Positions 1-13,657 of a DNA stretch of 64,000 nt are shown in pieces. The stretch comes from Ascoidea asiatica JCM 7603 (lineage: Eukaryota > Fungi > Ascomycota), in assembly GCA_001600695.1 (NCBI GenBank), contig BCKQ01000024.1, positions 1-64,000 of the forward strand, read 5' to 3'. The position numbers and the translations under genes are program-made. Under the pieces are notes generated by a model. It made no database searches, had not been told where the DNA came from, and saw only the letters and a list, made by a program, of their open reading frames with translations. Numbering within the stretch: position 1 is the stretch's first letter; every line of letters starts with the position of its first letter.

Positions 1-94
1 GTCATCCAACATCAACTGTCATCCAACATCAACTGTCATCCAACATCAACTGTCATCCAACATCAACTGTCATCCAACATCAACTGTCATCCAA
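1..94. repeat. 17-bp perfect tandem repeat (GTCATCCAACATCAACT) x5.5, truncated by the window start
   Basis: Five identical units at 1-85 plus a partial GTCATCCAA at 86-94. The + strand is C/A-rich. Confidence 0.95.
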
Positions 95-991
95 ATAGTG
101 GACTTGTATTAGAAACTTTACTTCAATTGTCAGAATTAATTAAAAAAAAAATTATTACGTTAGAAGTTTTGTTCAAGTAATTAGGCGCATTAACCAATAA
201 GAAGTATTAGTATATTTTGTCTTAATAACTATAGTAATGGTAAAAAAATGACTAAGTTACATCTTTGCAGATAGACAACTTAAATAGTTACCTAAAACAT
301 AAACCGGGCAAGTTTTACGTGATCATGTCACTTTTTTAGCAGATGTGACATGTTATAAAGGTCAGATGGTCAGGTAAACTTTATTAGCCACGCAAAGGCT
401 TGTTTGGCCTAATTTAATTATAGTAATAAGTACATTTTTGGTCCGAATTACAATCATCGGGAAAGAATATTAAGTGGTGTTATTAAACTGTTGTTTTTAC
501 TGCGAGTTAATGTAGTAACTTAAACCTGACCCAGCTCCTGCTACAATACGACCACCCATCGTGCTAGCTTTTTTCACTACGAACCAGAATCGTCGTGCCT
601 TACTTCTACAGAATTTGGGATAGCAACAAGTAAAAGAAACGTTAATTCTAAAATAATTGAGTTAGTTGAAGCTAAATTATTTCCATTGATGAAAATTAAT
701 TAATTGAATAACTTATTAAGCTGGCTTGTTGACAAATTTAAAGTATTAAGTCTTTAAAAAGTTAAATACACTAATTTTGCTGTCAAATATCCCTGTTTTG
801 TAACTGGATAAAAGGAGAAACTCATTGCAAATAAAAATATACAATAAAATAAAATAAAAAAATATTAATATAAAATTCATAAATTCATCAATTAAGTAAT
901 AGCAATAATTACATATAAATATATATATATACACTTTTTATATATATTATATTAATATGATAGAAACTTTTGGAGGATCAAGTTAATATGA

Positions 992-2566
992 TTAAGCTTT
1001 TTCAAGTCTAATTCTAACAGCTTTAACTTGAGTATAGTTATCTAAAGCATCTGCACCCATTTCTCTACCAATACCAGATTGACCAAAACCACCAAATGGA
1101 ACTTGAGGATGGAAATCATTATAAGTATTAACCCAGACAGTACCAGCTTTAACTCTATGAGAAACTTCAATGGCAGTATTAATATTTGAAGTATGAACAC
1201 CAGCAGCTAAACCATAAACAGAATTATTAGCTAATTTAACAACTTCATCAACATCAGAAAATTTACTAATTGTTACAACAGGACCAAAAATTTCATCTTT
1301 AACAATATTCATATTTTCTTTAACATCAGCAAAAATTGTTGGTTGAATAAAATAACCTTTATCACCAATTCTTTTACCACCAGTAACTAATCTTGCACCT
1401 TCTTTTTTACCAGTTTCAACATAACCTAAAATTTTATCTAATTGCATTTGAGAAGTTTGAGCACCTTGGAAAGTACCTTCAGCAAATGGATCACCAACTT
1501 TCAAAGTTTCAGCTTGTAATTTAAATTCTTTTAAAACTTCTTCATAAATTGTATCTTGTACATAAATTCTTGAACCAGCACAACAAACTTCACCAGAATT
1601 ATAATAAATACCCATAATCATATTTTGTACAGATTTTTTAATATTTGCATCAGCAAAAACAATATTTGGAGATTTACCACCTAATTCTAAAGTAATTTTT
1701 TTTAAATTTGATTCAGCAGCAGATTTCATTATAGTTCTACCAGTTCTTGTTGAACCAGTAAAAGCAACTTTTTTAATTTTTTGATGAGAAGAAATTGCAT
1801 TACCAACAGTACCACCAAAACCAGAAACAATATTTACAACACCTTTTGGAATACCAGCTTCTTTAACTAAAGTTGAAGCAAATAAAGCAGATAAAGGAGT
1901 TGATTCAGCAGTTTTTAAAACAACAGTATTACCAGTTGCTAAAGCAGGACCAATTTTCCATGACCACATTAATAAAGGAAAATTCCATGGTATAATTTGA
2001 CCACAGACACCTAAAGGTTCTCTTCTACTATATGAAAAATGACTTGAACCAGTTTCAATAAGTCTACCATAAACTTTATCAGCCCAACCTGCACAAGATC
2101 TAAGATAAGAAGCAACTAAACCAACATCACCTTTTGCTAATTGTAAAGCTTTACCATTATCTAAAGATTCAATTGAAGCTAAAGTATCTAAATTTGATTC
2201 AATTAATTCAGCTAAATTATAAAGATATTTACCTCTAATTGAAGGATCTTGAGTTGCCCATTCAGTTTCTTCAAAAGCTTTTAAAGCAGCATCAACAGCA
2301 ACATCAACATCATCTTCTCTACCTTCATAAACATGAGTAATTTCTTCTTCAGTTGATGGATTAATAACTTCAAAAGTTTTACCTTGTCTTGAAGGTACAA
2401 ATTCATTATTAATAAATAAACCTGTTGGTTGATTATATTTTATACCATTTGGTAAAGTTATTGGTACAGATAATGGTAATTTATTTGTTGTTGAATATAA
2501 TCTAATTTTATTTAAATTCAATTTTGCAATTGATTTAATTGATAAATTTGATGAAGCTCTTAACAT
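992..2566 (-). CDS. ALD4: Mitochondrial aldehyde dehydrogenase (ALD4/ALD5-type)
   Basis: 524 aa. N-terminus is Arg/Lys/Ser-rich with no acidic residues, as in a presequence. ALDH motifs [17 protein letters not shown] (catalytic Glu), GEVCCAGSR (catalytic Cys), EIFGPV. ALD4 versus ALD5 orthology is not resolved. Confidence 0.92.
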   Translation of the reverse strand: MLRASSNLSIKSIAKLNLNKIRLYSTTNKLPLSVPITLPNGIKYNQPTGLFINNEFVPSRQGKTFEVINPSTEEEITHVYEGREDDVDVAVDAALKAFEETEWATQDPSIRGKYLYNLAELIESNLDTLASIESLDNGKALQLAKGDVGLVASYLRSCAGWADKVYGRLIETGSSHFSYSRREPLGVCGQIIPWNFPLLMWSWKIGPALATGNTVVLKTAESTPLSALFASTLVKEAGIPKGVVNIVSGFGGTVGNAISSHQKIKKVAFTGSTRTGRTIMKSAAESNLKKITLELGGKSPNIVFADANIKKSVQNMIMGIYYNSGEVCCAGSRIYVQDTIYEEVLKEFKLQAETLKVGDPFAEGTFQGAQTSQMQLDKILGYVETGKKEGARLVTGGKRIGDKGYFIQPTIFADVKENMNIVKDEIFGPVVTISKFSDVDEVVKLANNSVYGLAAGVHTSNINTAIEVSHRVKAGTVWVNTYNDFHPQVPFGGFGQSGIGREMGADALDNYTQVKAVRIRLEKA

Positions 2567-3059
2567 TTTTTTATTATAGAATATAAATTAATAAATTTTA
2601 ATTATGGGAATATAAGTAATAAGTTTTAAATAACTGAATATAAGTAATATGTAATAAGTAATATATATCAAATTGAACTATTTATTATTATTATGATTAT
2701 GATAATAAACTGAATATAAATTGATATTAAAGATAAATAATGTAATAATGAAAAAGAATAATAAAAGATATAAACATATAAAGAAAAGGAAATTGGAGTT
2801 TATATATAATACATTTTATAATACATGTTTAATACAAGTTGGTAATAATTATTGATTAGTAACAAGAATTTTAATTGAAATCTTGATTTGTAATATTTAA
2901 CCAATAAACGATAAGTAAAAGATGATTGAAATTGTTAGGTGTGAAAAGAATCGAAGAAAAAAAAGATAAAAAAAAAAACAGTTGGCGCTGTTAAAAAGAA
3001 GTAAAAAAGTATTTAGTAAATTGAGAGTATTTGATAGTAATAATTGTAATTGATAATAT

Positions 3060-3750
3060 TTCACACTTCTGCTTTGGGACAGAGAGTATATTAGTTACAC
3101 TCTTCGGAGCACGTACGTAATGCCCGCAGCGCCACGAGTGGGCAAAGAAAGTTGGCTCCCCCTCACTCGAGCGAGCGCAGCCGCTCTCAGCCAGCCCAGA
3201 ACCTCATCGCCCGCAGCACGCAGACAGTCGGTTATGTCCCGGTTTGGCCGTGCTCTTGTCCTGGACCGGTTTTTCATGCTTTATTTTGGTGACCAGTGTT
3301 TAGTGTCCAGTGCCAATAATAATTAATTCACACCTCTGCCTTACTAAACTCTATTGTGTTGTTTCGTGGAGGAACTCCGAATCTACCGCTGTTTTCTACT
3401 CCACCTTCCCAAATTGAGATTTGACATTATTGGATATTTCTCTTGCTTCAATGCCAGTTATCGGATTATCAATGCTTTTCTTTCGGTATCAAATTTCTGT
3501 TCTGCCACTGTCCTAAATCCGCCAGAACCCCTCTTTCAGTCGGTGTCTCACTGTGGTGCACCGTGCCACCCAGTACTAAACCGCACTCTCAAGGTCCGAG
3601 GGTCGGATATTGCCATCGTCTCTGCCCCTCTTTCCTTTTTAGACGTGGCTGTTGGCTTGCAGCGCTAGGAAACTCCGAACCTGGGGCTACTTCGAGCTCC
3701 GTGTGCCTGCGCTTTGTAAACCTTAATTCTTCTAGTTTCGTGACAGATTT
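3060..3750. promoter_or_regulatory. GC-rich island upstream of the ALD gene (putative upstream activating region)
   Basis: Sharp rise in G+C about 500-1200 bp upstream of the ALD start, flanked by AT-rich DNA. The overlapping short ORFs lack host codon bias. Confidence 0.5.
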
Positions 3751-4495
3751 TTAATTTTGTTTGTGTTTTTATTATTTTTATTTTGCCGATTTGAAATTTT
3801 CCAGTTTTATTCTTTCCGTTACGTAATCATTTTTAGCTTTCTTTAACTAATTAACTTAATATCGTATTAATTCTTATTCTATCGTATTTTATTCCTCTTT
3901 TTATTTAAGATTCTTCTATAAATTGTATTAAAATATTCGGTTAAATATATTTATATTTCTATTTATATTTGTATATCTCTATTTAACACATTTTCAATTT
4001 TAAAATTTTGATTCCGTATAAATTAAAATGAAAATTGAATTAGATATAAATACCGATAGGTAAGATTGAAAATATTGGGGCAAATTTTTTATAAAGAGAA
4101 AAAACATCATAAAAAAAATATGAAATTTGAATTTTGAGATTTTGGATATGAAATATGAGATATGAGATATGAATTATGAAATAAATATAAAAATTAAATT
4201 AAATTAAACGAGGATTAAAAAAAAAGACTAGGAAATTAAGATAATAAAGTAATAAGGTAAATTTTTATAACTTTATACTTCATAAAGATATATAAAACTA
4301 TCAGTAACTTAACTAATTAAAAAATATAATTAGGAATTCATATACAGTAATTTTTAGGGAAAAAAAAAAAAAAAAAGAAGCAGCAATAGTTAAATAATAA
4401 TAACAAAAATTTAATAAAAATTAATATTCAAAATGAATAATTTAAAAAAAAATTAATATATAAAAAATGCAACATTTATTAATAAATCTTTTTAT

Positions 4496-7483
4496 TTAAC
4501 TCATTATTGTATCAACAATTGAGTCTGATTGAGTCTCTTTATTCTCTTTATTCTCTTTATTTTCTTTAGATTTATTATCTTTATTATCTCCTGAATTACT
4601 CATGTTACTATTACTATTGCTATTGCTATTGTTATTATTATTACTATTCACATTCACATTCATATCTCTATCACTGATATTACTATATGCTTCTTCAAAA
4701 TGTGTTGATAATCTCTCAATACTATTATCTTCTCCATTATTAATATTATCATTATTATTACCATTATAATTATAATTATAATAGCTATTATTACTATCAT
4801 ATGGTGGTATTTTAATTTCTCCCGTTTTTATTCTATTAACATATTCATCTAATTTTTTCCATCTTTCTTTATTGATTTCATTAATTTTCTTATTTTCTTT
4901 AATACTTGATTCATATAATAATCCACATTGATTATATAAAATTGGATTAAATTCCATAAATATTTTTAATGCATTCATTGCTAATGTCGATATAGTTCTT
5001 TTCCAACTATTACCTGAAGACATTGAATCATATAAATCAAATTCATTATTATCTCCTTCATATAGATTATTTCCATTATTATTTTCACTATTATTACTAT
5101 TATTATTATTATTTCCATCACCGGTATTATTACCATTACCATTATTATTCCTATTTCCAAATTCATCATTTGTTTGTTCTAATTCACTTGATGAAACTTC
5201 ATATAATCCTGGAAATATAACTGGTAAAATTTTATCTGCATTTTCTGTAACTAAATTTAAAAAATATTCATTATTCCAATAGCAAAGTACTTTTTCTGCA
5301 ACTTGTAAATGTGGTGATGTTATACATTTCGATATTTGTGCTAATAATGGTACACAAATTTTACTAAATTCATCTGGATCAATGACTTCAAAAATATCTT
5401 CAATTTCATTTAAAAACATTATTTCTTTTGATGAATTTATTTTGGGCCAATATCTTAATAATCCCATAATAACATCTTCTGTTAAAGTTGGATCTTTTTC
5501 TAAAAATTGTACAACACAATAAGCTAATTGTGGATGATATAAAGATAAACATTTAACTTTATGTAAAGGTAATAAAACTCTACATAAAAAAATTTTATGT
5601 TCTTCTTTTAAAGGTAATGCAAATCCATTTATAATTGATCCTAAAATTTCTAATAATTCAGAAACTCCATTAAATCTACCAGTTTCATAAATAAAAGTTA
5701 AAAATACATTATTCATTGATCTTCTTATAAATGCTCTTAAACTTAAAAATTTCCCATAAATTCTATGTAATGTTGTTTTCAAACAATCTCTTTCTCTTGG
5801 ATCTTCAGAATCAAATAATTCTAATAATTTTAAAATAAATTCATGATCAATATATTGTTTTGCTTGTTGATGTACAAAATCTGGACTTTCAACAAATCTT
5901 AAAAAAAATTCATAAACAACTTGCATATGTGGCCATGCAATTTCTGATACAGGTTCATCTTCATCAGGATCATAAATATCACCAATTGGATTAACTGGCG
6001 GTGGAATTGGTCTAAATAAATTTTTTTTAAACATTTCAATTACATTTTCATACATTTCTTCAGTATATGTTAATCTATTTGTTGAAATAAATTCAATTAA
6101 TTCTTGTAATGTTAATCTTTTTAATTCTTTACCTCTAATATCATCAGAAGGATCATTAAAATTAAATATTATATTACATTGTTGAACTTTTTTAATAAAT
6201 AATGGAATTTTATCTTCTGAATGAACTTCATCAAATGATGGTAATGGTTCAAAAATTTCTTTCTTTGAAGTTGGTTCGAATCTTGAAGATGAATGCCTCT
6301 GTGGCGATTTAATTAAATCAATATCTAAATTATTTGGTGGAGGTAATCTATCAAAAGAATGTGAAGAACGTGGTATTATTTGATTATCATCAAATGAAGA
6401 ATTATTTATCACATTATTACTAGAATTATTATTATTATTATTATTATTATTTAATGGAGTAGAATTTAAACCAATATTATTTGAATTAAATGGACTTTTT
6501 AAAGAATTTGAATTTGAATTTGAAGATGAAGAAGATGAGTCATCACTTTTATTTGAATTTTTATCAAGAACAATATTTGGTAAATTTGGATTTACATTTG
6601 AATTTGGAGAAATTATTAAACCTTGAGATAATGGTTTAATATTTGATTTATTTGATTTATTTGATTTTGACTGTTTAGATTGATTTTTATCTTGATATGA
6701 TTTTGAATCATTATTTTTTGTATTATTATTATTACTATTATTATTTATTTTAACTTTATCTTTATCTTTATCTCTAATTCTTTGATCTTTTTCTCTTTTT
6801 TCCTTTTCTTTTTCTTTTAATTTTTCCCTTTCTTTATCTTTTTCTTTTTCTTTTTCTTTTTCTTTTTTATCATGATTTTTTTTATCTTTAAATTTTTTAC
6901 TTAAACTTTCAGAAGAATTTGAATTTGAATTTGGATTTAAACTTGAATTTAAAGTTGCATTTTTTAATTTTGATTTAAAAGTTGATTTTGAATCCAGACC
7001 TGAGTTATTATTATTATTACTATTGGTATTATTATTTGAATCTTTTGAAGATTTATGTGAAGTTAAAGAAGAAGTTGAAGATAATATTGAATTTTTTCTT
7101 GATTTATCAGTTGAAAAAGAATATTTTGATTTTTTTAAAGTTGAATCATTAGAGTTATTGATATCATTATTACTATTACTTATACTTGAAGAACTATTAC
7201 TTGAAGCACTATTACTATTACTACTCGATTTTTGATCTATATTCTGAGAATTTGAATTTAAACTTGGATTTGAATTTAGATTTGAATTTGAATTTGAATT
7301 TGAATTTGAATTTGAATTTGAATTTGAATTTGAATTTGAACTTGAACTTGAACTTGAACTAGAATTTGAATTTATAGAATTATTTTCTTTTTCATCTTTT
7401 TTTAAAGAAAATTTAGATTCAGAGTGAGATTTTGATCTTGAAAGAACTCTTTTTTTAAAACCTTTCATCATTTTATCCATCAT
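4496..7483 (-). CDS. RTS1: PP2A regulatory subunit B'/B56, copy A
   Basis: B56 core motifs [69 protein letters not shown]. Long Asn/Ser/Lys low-complexity N- and C-termini. Confidence 0.97.
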   Translation of the reverse strand: MMDKMMKGFKKRVLSRSKSHSESKFSLKKDEKENNSINSNSSSSSSSSSNSNSNSNSNSNSNSNSNSNLNSNPSLNSNSQNIDQKSSSNSNSASSNSSSSISNSNNDINNSNDSTLKKSKYSFSTDKSRKNSILSSTSSLTSHKSSKDSNNNTNSNNNNNSGLDSKSTFKSKLKNATLNSSLNPNSNSNSSESLSKKFKDKKNHDKKEKEKEKEKDKEREKLKEKEKEKREKDQRIRDKDKDKVKINNNSNNNNTKNNDSKSYQDKNQSKQSKSNKSNKSNIKPLSQGLIISPNSNVNPNLPNIVLDKNSNKSDDSSSSSSNSNSNSLKSPFNSNNIGLNSTPLNNNNNNNNNSSNNVINNSSFDDNQIIPRSSHSFDRLPPPNNLDIDLIKSPQRHSSSRFEPTSKKEIFEPLPSFDEVHSEDKIPLFIKKVQQCNIIFNFNDPSDDIRGKELKRLTLQELIEFISTNRLTYTEEMYENVIEMFKKNLFRPIPPPVNPIGDIYDPDEDEPVSEIAWPHMQVVYEFFLRFVESPDFVHQQAKQYIDHEFILKLLELFDSEDPRERDCLKTTLHRIYGKFLSLRAFIRRSMNNVFLTFIYETGRFNGVSELLEILGSIINGFALPLKEEHKIFLCRVLLPLHKVKCLSLYHPQLAYCVVQFLEKDPTLTEDVIMGLLRYWPKINSSKEIMFLNEIEDIFEVIDPDEFSKICVPLLAQISKCITSPHLQVAEKVLCYWNNEYFLNLVTENADKILPVIFPGLYEVSSSELEQTNDEFGNRNNNGNGNNTGDGNNNNNSNNSENNNGNNLYEGDNNEFDLYDSMSSGNSWKRTISTLAMNALKIFMEFNPILYNQCGLLYESSIKENKKINEINKERWKKLDEYVNRIKTGEIKIPPYDSNNSYYNYNYNGNNNDNINNGEDNSIERLSTHFEEAYSNISDRDMNVNVNSNNNNNSNSNSNSNMSNSGDNKDNKSKENKENKENKETQSDSIVDTIMS

Positions 7484-8562
7484 GAGTAAAGTTAATTGAT
7501 TATTATTATAGAATATTATGAATGATTATTAATGATTATTGATGATTAACAATTATTTATTATTAATAAATAATATCAATTTTAAAGCAATTTGTAGACC
7601 GGAAATTTAAATATTTAGTCTAAATTTGAAACACAAGATGAAAATTGAAATTATAAATACACTAAAATTATTATAAATTAATTGAAATTCTTCAAAACTT
7701 TTAAGAATTTGATATTAATTCAAATAAGAATGATCATAAACTTGATAATATAAGGACCTTTTAGATATATTATTATTATTATTATTATTAAATGATTATA
7801 CTTGATGAATGAAAAGAAGTGAAAACAAGGTACTGAAAACAATAACAATAAAAATTAAAAACAATAACAAGGAAAAATAATAAACAATAAGCAGAAATCG
7901 AAGAACTACTTCTATGAAGAACTACTTCTATATGTTCTTTTGAAAACAAACCTGAATCAATTCAGATACCTTTGATTATTTTAATAATACTTCTGTTGAC
8001 AGCTTTATATTTGATTATCTTAAGCTACATTCATCCAAATGATATGATATAATTATTGTATTGTGGGTGGTGGTGGTATTGGCGAAGACGAAGGTCTTGG
8101 TGCCTCTCTCACAAGTATATCACAGTGGAAATTCAGTTAGCGAGGTGGATGACTTGCGCTACGTAGCGAACATGGCCACTGCACGCTTTTCCCTGTCACG
8201 TCGCGCTACTCACAGGAAATTCTCCGAGGGAACCCACGAGAAATAAAAAAGTGCTGGAGGCAGGATGGATTCAGAATTGGATCCATTGTAGTGGTAGACG
8301 CATACTACTGTAATTAAACGTTTATTGATGTATTTGAGTGTATTGTGTGCATATAAGCAAATAATACATCATTAAACATATAAATTTCTTAACTTGCATT
8401 GGATCCACTGTTCTGGGTTTTTAGTTTTCTTTGTTTTCTTTTTTCTTTTTTCTTTTCTGAATAAAGGGTGTTTATTTGTTTGTCCATGATACTTTTCCTA
8501 TTCCTTTTCCATCTGTTTTACTTTATTAATAAGACAACATTATTATCATTATCAATCTGGTA

Positions 8563-9813
8563 ATGGAACAAAATAAGAAGATCAGTTTAATAGATGCCCA
8601 TTGTCACTTGTCTCCAAACTGTTTCGATATTGATGTTGAAAGTCTAGCTGAAAGTATAATTAATCGTTTTCAAAAGGTGAATGAAAATGGAAAAAATGAT
8701 AATGAAACTATTAATGAAGATAAACAAGTTAAGCAGTTTGCTTTAATGTCAACTAACCACTTTGATGTAGAATTGGTTTTCAATTTATTCAATAACTTAA
8801 ATAATATTGGTAAGGAAGTTTTTGAAGATTTTGATCCTCAATTAATGATACCTTCTTTTGGTATTCATCCATGGTATTCTCACTTCTTTTATATTCCTGA
8901 TTTAAATTCAAATTCAAATTCAAATTCAATTTTGAATATTTCACTAGATAAAAAAACCCATTATAATCTAGTTTTACAACCATATACACTTAAATCAAAA
9001 GATAAAAAATTTGAAGAATTAGATAAAATTTTAGATTATTTACCTGATCCAATAAATTTAAATGATTATACTAATAATATAATTGAAAAAATTAATAATT
9101 TAAAAAATAAAAGTGATAAAAATATAATAATATTTATTGGTGAAATTGGTTTAGATAAATCTTTTAGAATTCCAATTAATGGATATCTTGGAAATAATTC
9201 ATTTCCAAAAGATTTAATAAATAAAGAAAAAAATTCATTAAATTTATTATCAAATTTAAAAGTTGATATAAATCATCAATTAAGAATTTTTAAAATTTTT
9301 TTAAATATCTCAATTGATTTAAATTTACCAATTTCTATACATTCTGTTAAATCTCATGGTTTATTATTTAATTCAATTAAAAATTTATTAATAATTTTCC
9401 ATAAAAAAAAAAAATTTCCTTCAATTTGTTTACATTCATATTCTGGTTCAATTGATTCAATTAAAGAATATTTAAATTTATTTAAAAAATTTAAATTAAA
9501 TAATATTTTTTTTTCATTTTCAAATATCATTAATGATAAAAATTCTAAAATCAATAAAAACAATAATAAAAATAATAAAAATAATCAATTTTCATTTATA
9601 AATATTATAAATTCAATTCCAGATTCAAATATTCTAATAGAAACAGATTTATCAATTGATAAATATTATTTAAATGATAATAATAATAGTGACAATCATT
9701 TTAATGATTTAAATCAAGAATTTCAATTAATTTGTGAAATTAAAAAGTGGTCTGTAAATCAAGGTTTAGAAATTTTAAATAATAATTTTAAAAGATTTGC
9801 AAATAATATTTAA
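8563..9813 (+). CDS. TatD-family metallo-dependent hydrolase (Scn1/YMR262W-like)
   Basis: DAHCH, FGIHPW, GEIGLDK, SIHSVK, LHSYSGS and ETD motifs. All metal ligands are present. Confidence 0.9.
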   Translation: MEQNKKISLIDAHCHLSPNCFDIDVESLAESIINRFQKVNENGKNDNETINEDKQVKQFALMSTNHFDVELVFNLFNNLNNIGKEVFEDFDPQLMIPSFGIHPWYSHFFYIPDLNSNSNSNSILNISLDKKTHYNLVLQPYTLKSKDKKFEELDKILDYLPDPINLNDYTNNIIEKINNLKNKSDKNIIIFIGEIGLDKSFRIPINGYLGNNSFPKDLINKEKNSLNLLSNLKVDINHQLRIFKIFLNISIDLNLPISIHSVKSHGLLFNSIKNLLIIFHKKKKFPSICLHSYSGSIDSIKEYLNLFKKFKLNNIFFSFSNIINDKNSKINKNNNKNNKNNQFSFINIINSIPDSNILIETDLSIDKYYLNDNNNSDNHFNDLNQEFQLICEIKKWSVNQGLEILNNNFKRFANNI

Positions 9814-10012
9814 TATATTATTTATAAAATAAAGTAATTTATTGATATGAATATGAGTAATAAAAGTATATAAAACTAGAGAATATTTAAATTGAAAAAC
9901 AAAAAGATAAAAAAAGAGAGAAAAATATGAACAATTATAAGTATATATATTAATATAAATATAATTGGAAGATATAACACAAGAGTTTTCTTATTGAAGA
10001 AATAATTTTTAT

Positions 10013-11152
10013 TTATTTAACACAAATTGGATCTTCACCAGAAGCAATATTACATTGATGCATTAATCTTTTATCATCAGGACCAAATTCACCAGTAACA
10101 GAATGAGTAACACCTCTATTATAAAAAATTACTAAATCACCTTCATTCCAAGAATGTGTATAAATATATTTTGGATCCATTGCAGGTCTTAATAATCTTT
10201 GAGCTTCTAATCTTGATTTTTCTAAAGATAAAATTTCACCAGTTTTTTTATTAATTAATTTAAATACACAACATCCATGAATTTGTAAATGTTGTTTTTT
10301 TGTTGTTGGATTTGTCCAAACTAAAGGTAATCTTTTAATTTTTGAATCTTCCCAATTTGGTAATTTATTTAATGGAGTTTCTTTACCTTCACTAACTATA
10401 GTTAAACCATCCCAAGTTGCTTTTGTTGGAGAAATAAAAATATATGGATGTGGAGCATATTCAACAATTGTATTTAAAGCCATTTCTTTATCATCATTTG
10501 ATAATAAATCAAAAGCAATTTGACCACTTATAAAAGCAGTTGCACCTTTTGTTAATTCTAAAGTTTGATTTGTATCTTCATAAATAATTTTTTGTTTAAT
10601 ATTAGAATTTGGTACATGAATACCTAATAAAGTTGTACATTTTGGTGGAGATAAATCATATAAAGCCGAATCAATATGCCATCTATAAAATCTAGTTTGA
10701 TTATTATTTAATTCATTATTATTTAAAATTTTTTTATGAAAAGTTTTTTGAGAAGGTTGAGTTAAATTAAAATTTTTTAAACCATAATGATCTGAAGTCC
10801 AACTACCATTACCAATAACTTGAACTTGAGGTTGATTTGGAATTGTGGTACCATCTTTTCTTAAAATTGAATTTTCATGTCTAAAAGTTTTACCATGACC
10901 ATAATTTTGACTTAAATTATTACAAGTTTTATCAAATTTTGTTGTTAAATTAAATTGAGAATTTGGTGATAAATTTTTTTGATTTTTAATAACTAAAACT
11001 AAATATTTATGTAAAGATTCTTCTAATTTTTTAAAATCTTCATCATTTAATTTTGATGGATCATTAATATTATCAGGTAATTGAATAATTGCACCAAATT
11101 TAGAATTTTCTAATGGAATTGTTTTTAAAGTAAAATTTTCAGTAGTTGTCAT
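10013..11152 (-). CDS. Alpha-ketoglutarate-dependent xanthine dioxygenase (XanA-like, TauD family)
   Basis: TRFYRWHIDSALY (HxD facial triad), YAPHPY, WNEGDLVIFYNRGVTHSVTG (third His), RLMHQCN. The track start at 11179 is TTG, so the first in-frame ATG at 11152 is used. Confidence 0.88.
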   Translation of the reverse strand: MTTTENFTLKTIPLENSKFGAIIQLPDNINDPSKLNDEDFKKLEESLHKYLVLVIKNQKNLSPNSQFNLTTKFDKTCNNLSQNYGHGKTFRHENSILRKDGTTIPNQPQVQVIGNGSWTSDHYGLKNFNLTQPSQKTFHKKILNNNELNNNQTRFYRWHIDSALYDLSPPKCTTLLGIHVPNSNIKQKIIYEDTNQTLELTKGATAFISGQIAFDLLSNDDKEMALNTIVEYAPHPYIFISPTKATWDGLTIVSEGKETPLNKLPNWEDSKIKRLPLVWTNPTTKKQHLQIHGCCVFKLINKKTGEILSLEKSRLEAQRLLRPAMDPKYIYTHSWNEGDLVIFYNRGVTHSVTGEFGPDDKRLMHQCNIASGEDPICVK

Positions 11153-13108
11153 TTTGGAATTTAATTGATTGGATTGCAATTGATATGTTTTGTAAGAATT
11201 TGAAATTATTATGTTTTTAGATAAATAACAAAGATATTTATTTATTTATTTATTTTTTTATTTATTAATTGATTGATTTAAAATGAAAAGATTGAGGAAA
11301 TAAAAATGAGAAAATACATGAGGAAAATCGTTAAATTTATATCAAAATAGAAGCAGTAAAACAATCATTGCCCAAGTAATCTTATTAACAAGCTAATCAA
11401 TAACAGAATCATACTAAAATCAAAGTCAATTGCTTTATTTTGCTAAGATAAAGCACCAGAATCTGAAGAATTATCTTTTATCTGTTTATTTATTTGCCTT
11501 TGGTCTTGGTTTTGCTCCTCTGCCGGCTTTCGGCTCTGCGAAGCTTCAGGAACAAGACCGTGGCCCGAGGAGAACACTAGGTCCCGCGGCAGTGCCCCCC
11601 CCCCCCACAAAAAAAAAACACAGGATAATTTCCGTGTACGGACACGGAAACCGGTCTAGGCTTTATAGATTTCCGGAAGTATATTCAGGCAAGCAAATGT
11701 ATAAAAAAGGATTACCATAAACCTGGAGTCCTCGCCAGAATCATGGATTTCATATAAAAAGTAGTTATATTTCCATTTGTGGTAATTTCAGTTCTATTCA
11801 GTTTTACACATTTACTCTCCAATATCAGCTAATTCAGAAGATTCAGATGATTCAGATGATTCAGAAGATTTTAATGGTTTCAAATACCCTTTGTTTTATG
11901 TTGTATGAGACAATAAAAGGAACACTTTCTATGAATTATTCAAGTGTAAAGTTACTGTAGAATGGTAACGAGACTGAGCTAAATGATTAGCTGGTAAAAC
12001 TTTGCTTGCATATTCAAAATTATTCTCATTTAATAATTTTAAAATTTATTTTAGTAGGAGTAACTGTTTTATCTTAAGGGTTAATTATAAATGGTTTTTA
12101 TTACTATCTTAAAAAAATAAGTTATTCAAACCAAACATTATTATTTATTTGCTTATTACGTAATATTTACACTATTAGTATGAAAAAATTGCATACACTT
12201 TAGCCTTAAATATTTATTTTTTATATTAAAATGTAGCCCCAATTTTAACTAGTGTATAATTGTCTATCAATTTCATAAATATTTTACAAAATTTGTATAA
12301 ATATTCTTCAAGTTCAATCACAAAACCTATTATAAACTATTATAAATCGTGATAAATCATGATAAAACAAGATAAAATATCATAATACCCCCGGCAATTA
12401 TTCTTTATATTAAATTACCATTGGTTAATTATTCATTTCTATAATCATTTATATTTTCATAAATTTACCTTAAGTAAAGTTGTGTAAATTACAGTACATA
12501 TTCTCTATTGTCATTTTCAAATTTAAATATTCTAAATTTTGTAAAATTTGTTAAAATCAAATATGGAAAGAAATAGAGACTAAAATTTTTATATTTTATT
12601 CAATTCAAAATGGATTTCAATTATCTTTTTGAGTATAATAATTACTGTAATTTAAACAATAATTAGCTTTTAATTCATTCATATACTGTATTGTATATAT
12701 TCATATAATAAAAAATACTGGCTATTATAAATAATTATTGAAGCTTTTTATTTAAATTCTCTGGAACTAAACCCAATTCATAATTTTCATAATATAAATC
12801 TTGACTTCTAAAAGGTTATATAACTTATAACCGACTCGTTTTTATTTGTTCTCATTTATTATTCATTCATTCGGCTATCTTGGTTTTTTATTTCATTTTA
12901 ACAATAAGGCCTCTAGAAAACTTAAAATTATTTCATTTCATTTCATTTGTTCTTTCTTCTTTTGGTTATTAAAAAAATATTTAAAATTATTTAAAAAAAT
13001 TATTATAAATATTGCTTATTTCTTCAATTATTTTCTATCAAAATAAATAACTCTTTTTTTTTTATTTACTTTAAATAGCTTATCTAAAAAGAACAAATAT
13101 TATTAATA

Positions 13109-13621
13109 ATGAATGTAAATAATAATAAAAATACTATAAAATCTCAAACTAAGAAAGACAAAAAAGACAAGAAAGATAAAAAAAATAAAAAATCAGATAA
13201 AATTATTCCAATTTATAAAAAAAGTTATAGTTTAGTTCAAGAACTAAAAGAAGTTAATAAAAGTGGTATTGAAATTGATGAAAATAAAAAATGTAGAGGA
13301 GGTTGGAGATGTAAAAATTGTAAATATATTTGTTCAAATCTTATTGATCATTGTGAACATTTTGATTTAATTCATAATTTAGAATTGAAAAATTTTGAAG
13401 AAATTCCAAGATGTCCATTTAATGATTGCGAATATTCAATAATTGGTTTAAAAAATAAAAAAACTGCAGATTCTCATTTTGATAAACATAAAAATAAACC
13501 TGGTTTTATATGTTTAGATTGTAAATTAATGATGAGAAGAAAAGCGAATTATATTAGACATATTCAAACTCATAGAAGAAAAAAAATAAAAGAAGGTATT
13601 TTAAATCCAGATATTAATAAT

Positions 13622-13657
<36 letters not shown>

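Noticed and set aside
1-94. CRISPR array
   Set aside because: Units are contiguous with no spacers and the DNA is eukaryotic.
3095-3754. Short ORFs in GC-rich islands (also 8061, 11430, 19420-20023, 23110-23522, 26424-26818, 48183-48662, 52890, 59544-60068)
   Set aside because: Mostly non-ATG starts, several overlapping frames, no host codon bias and no recognisable motifs. Such ORFs are expected where GC content is higher and stops are rarer.
4981-7235. Alternative-frame and antisense ORFs inside RTS1-A and other genes (for example 28107, 47288, 51005, 58921, 62621)
   Set aside because: By-products of Asn/Ser trinucleotide repeats and codon bias in the real genes.
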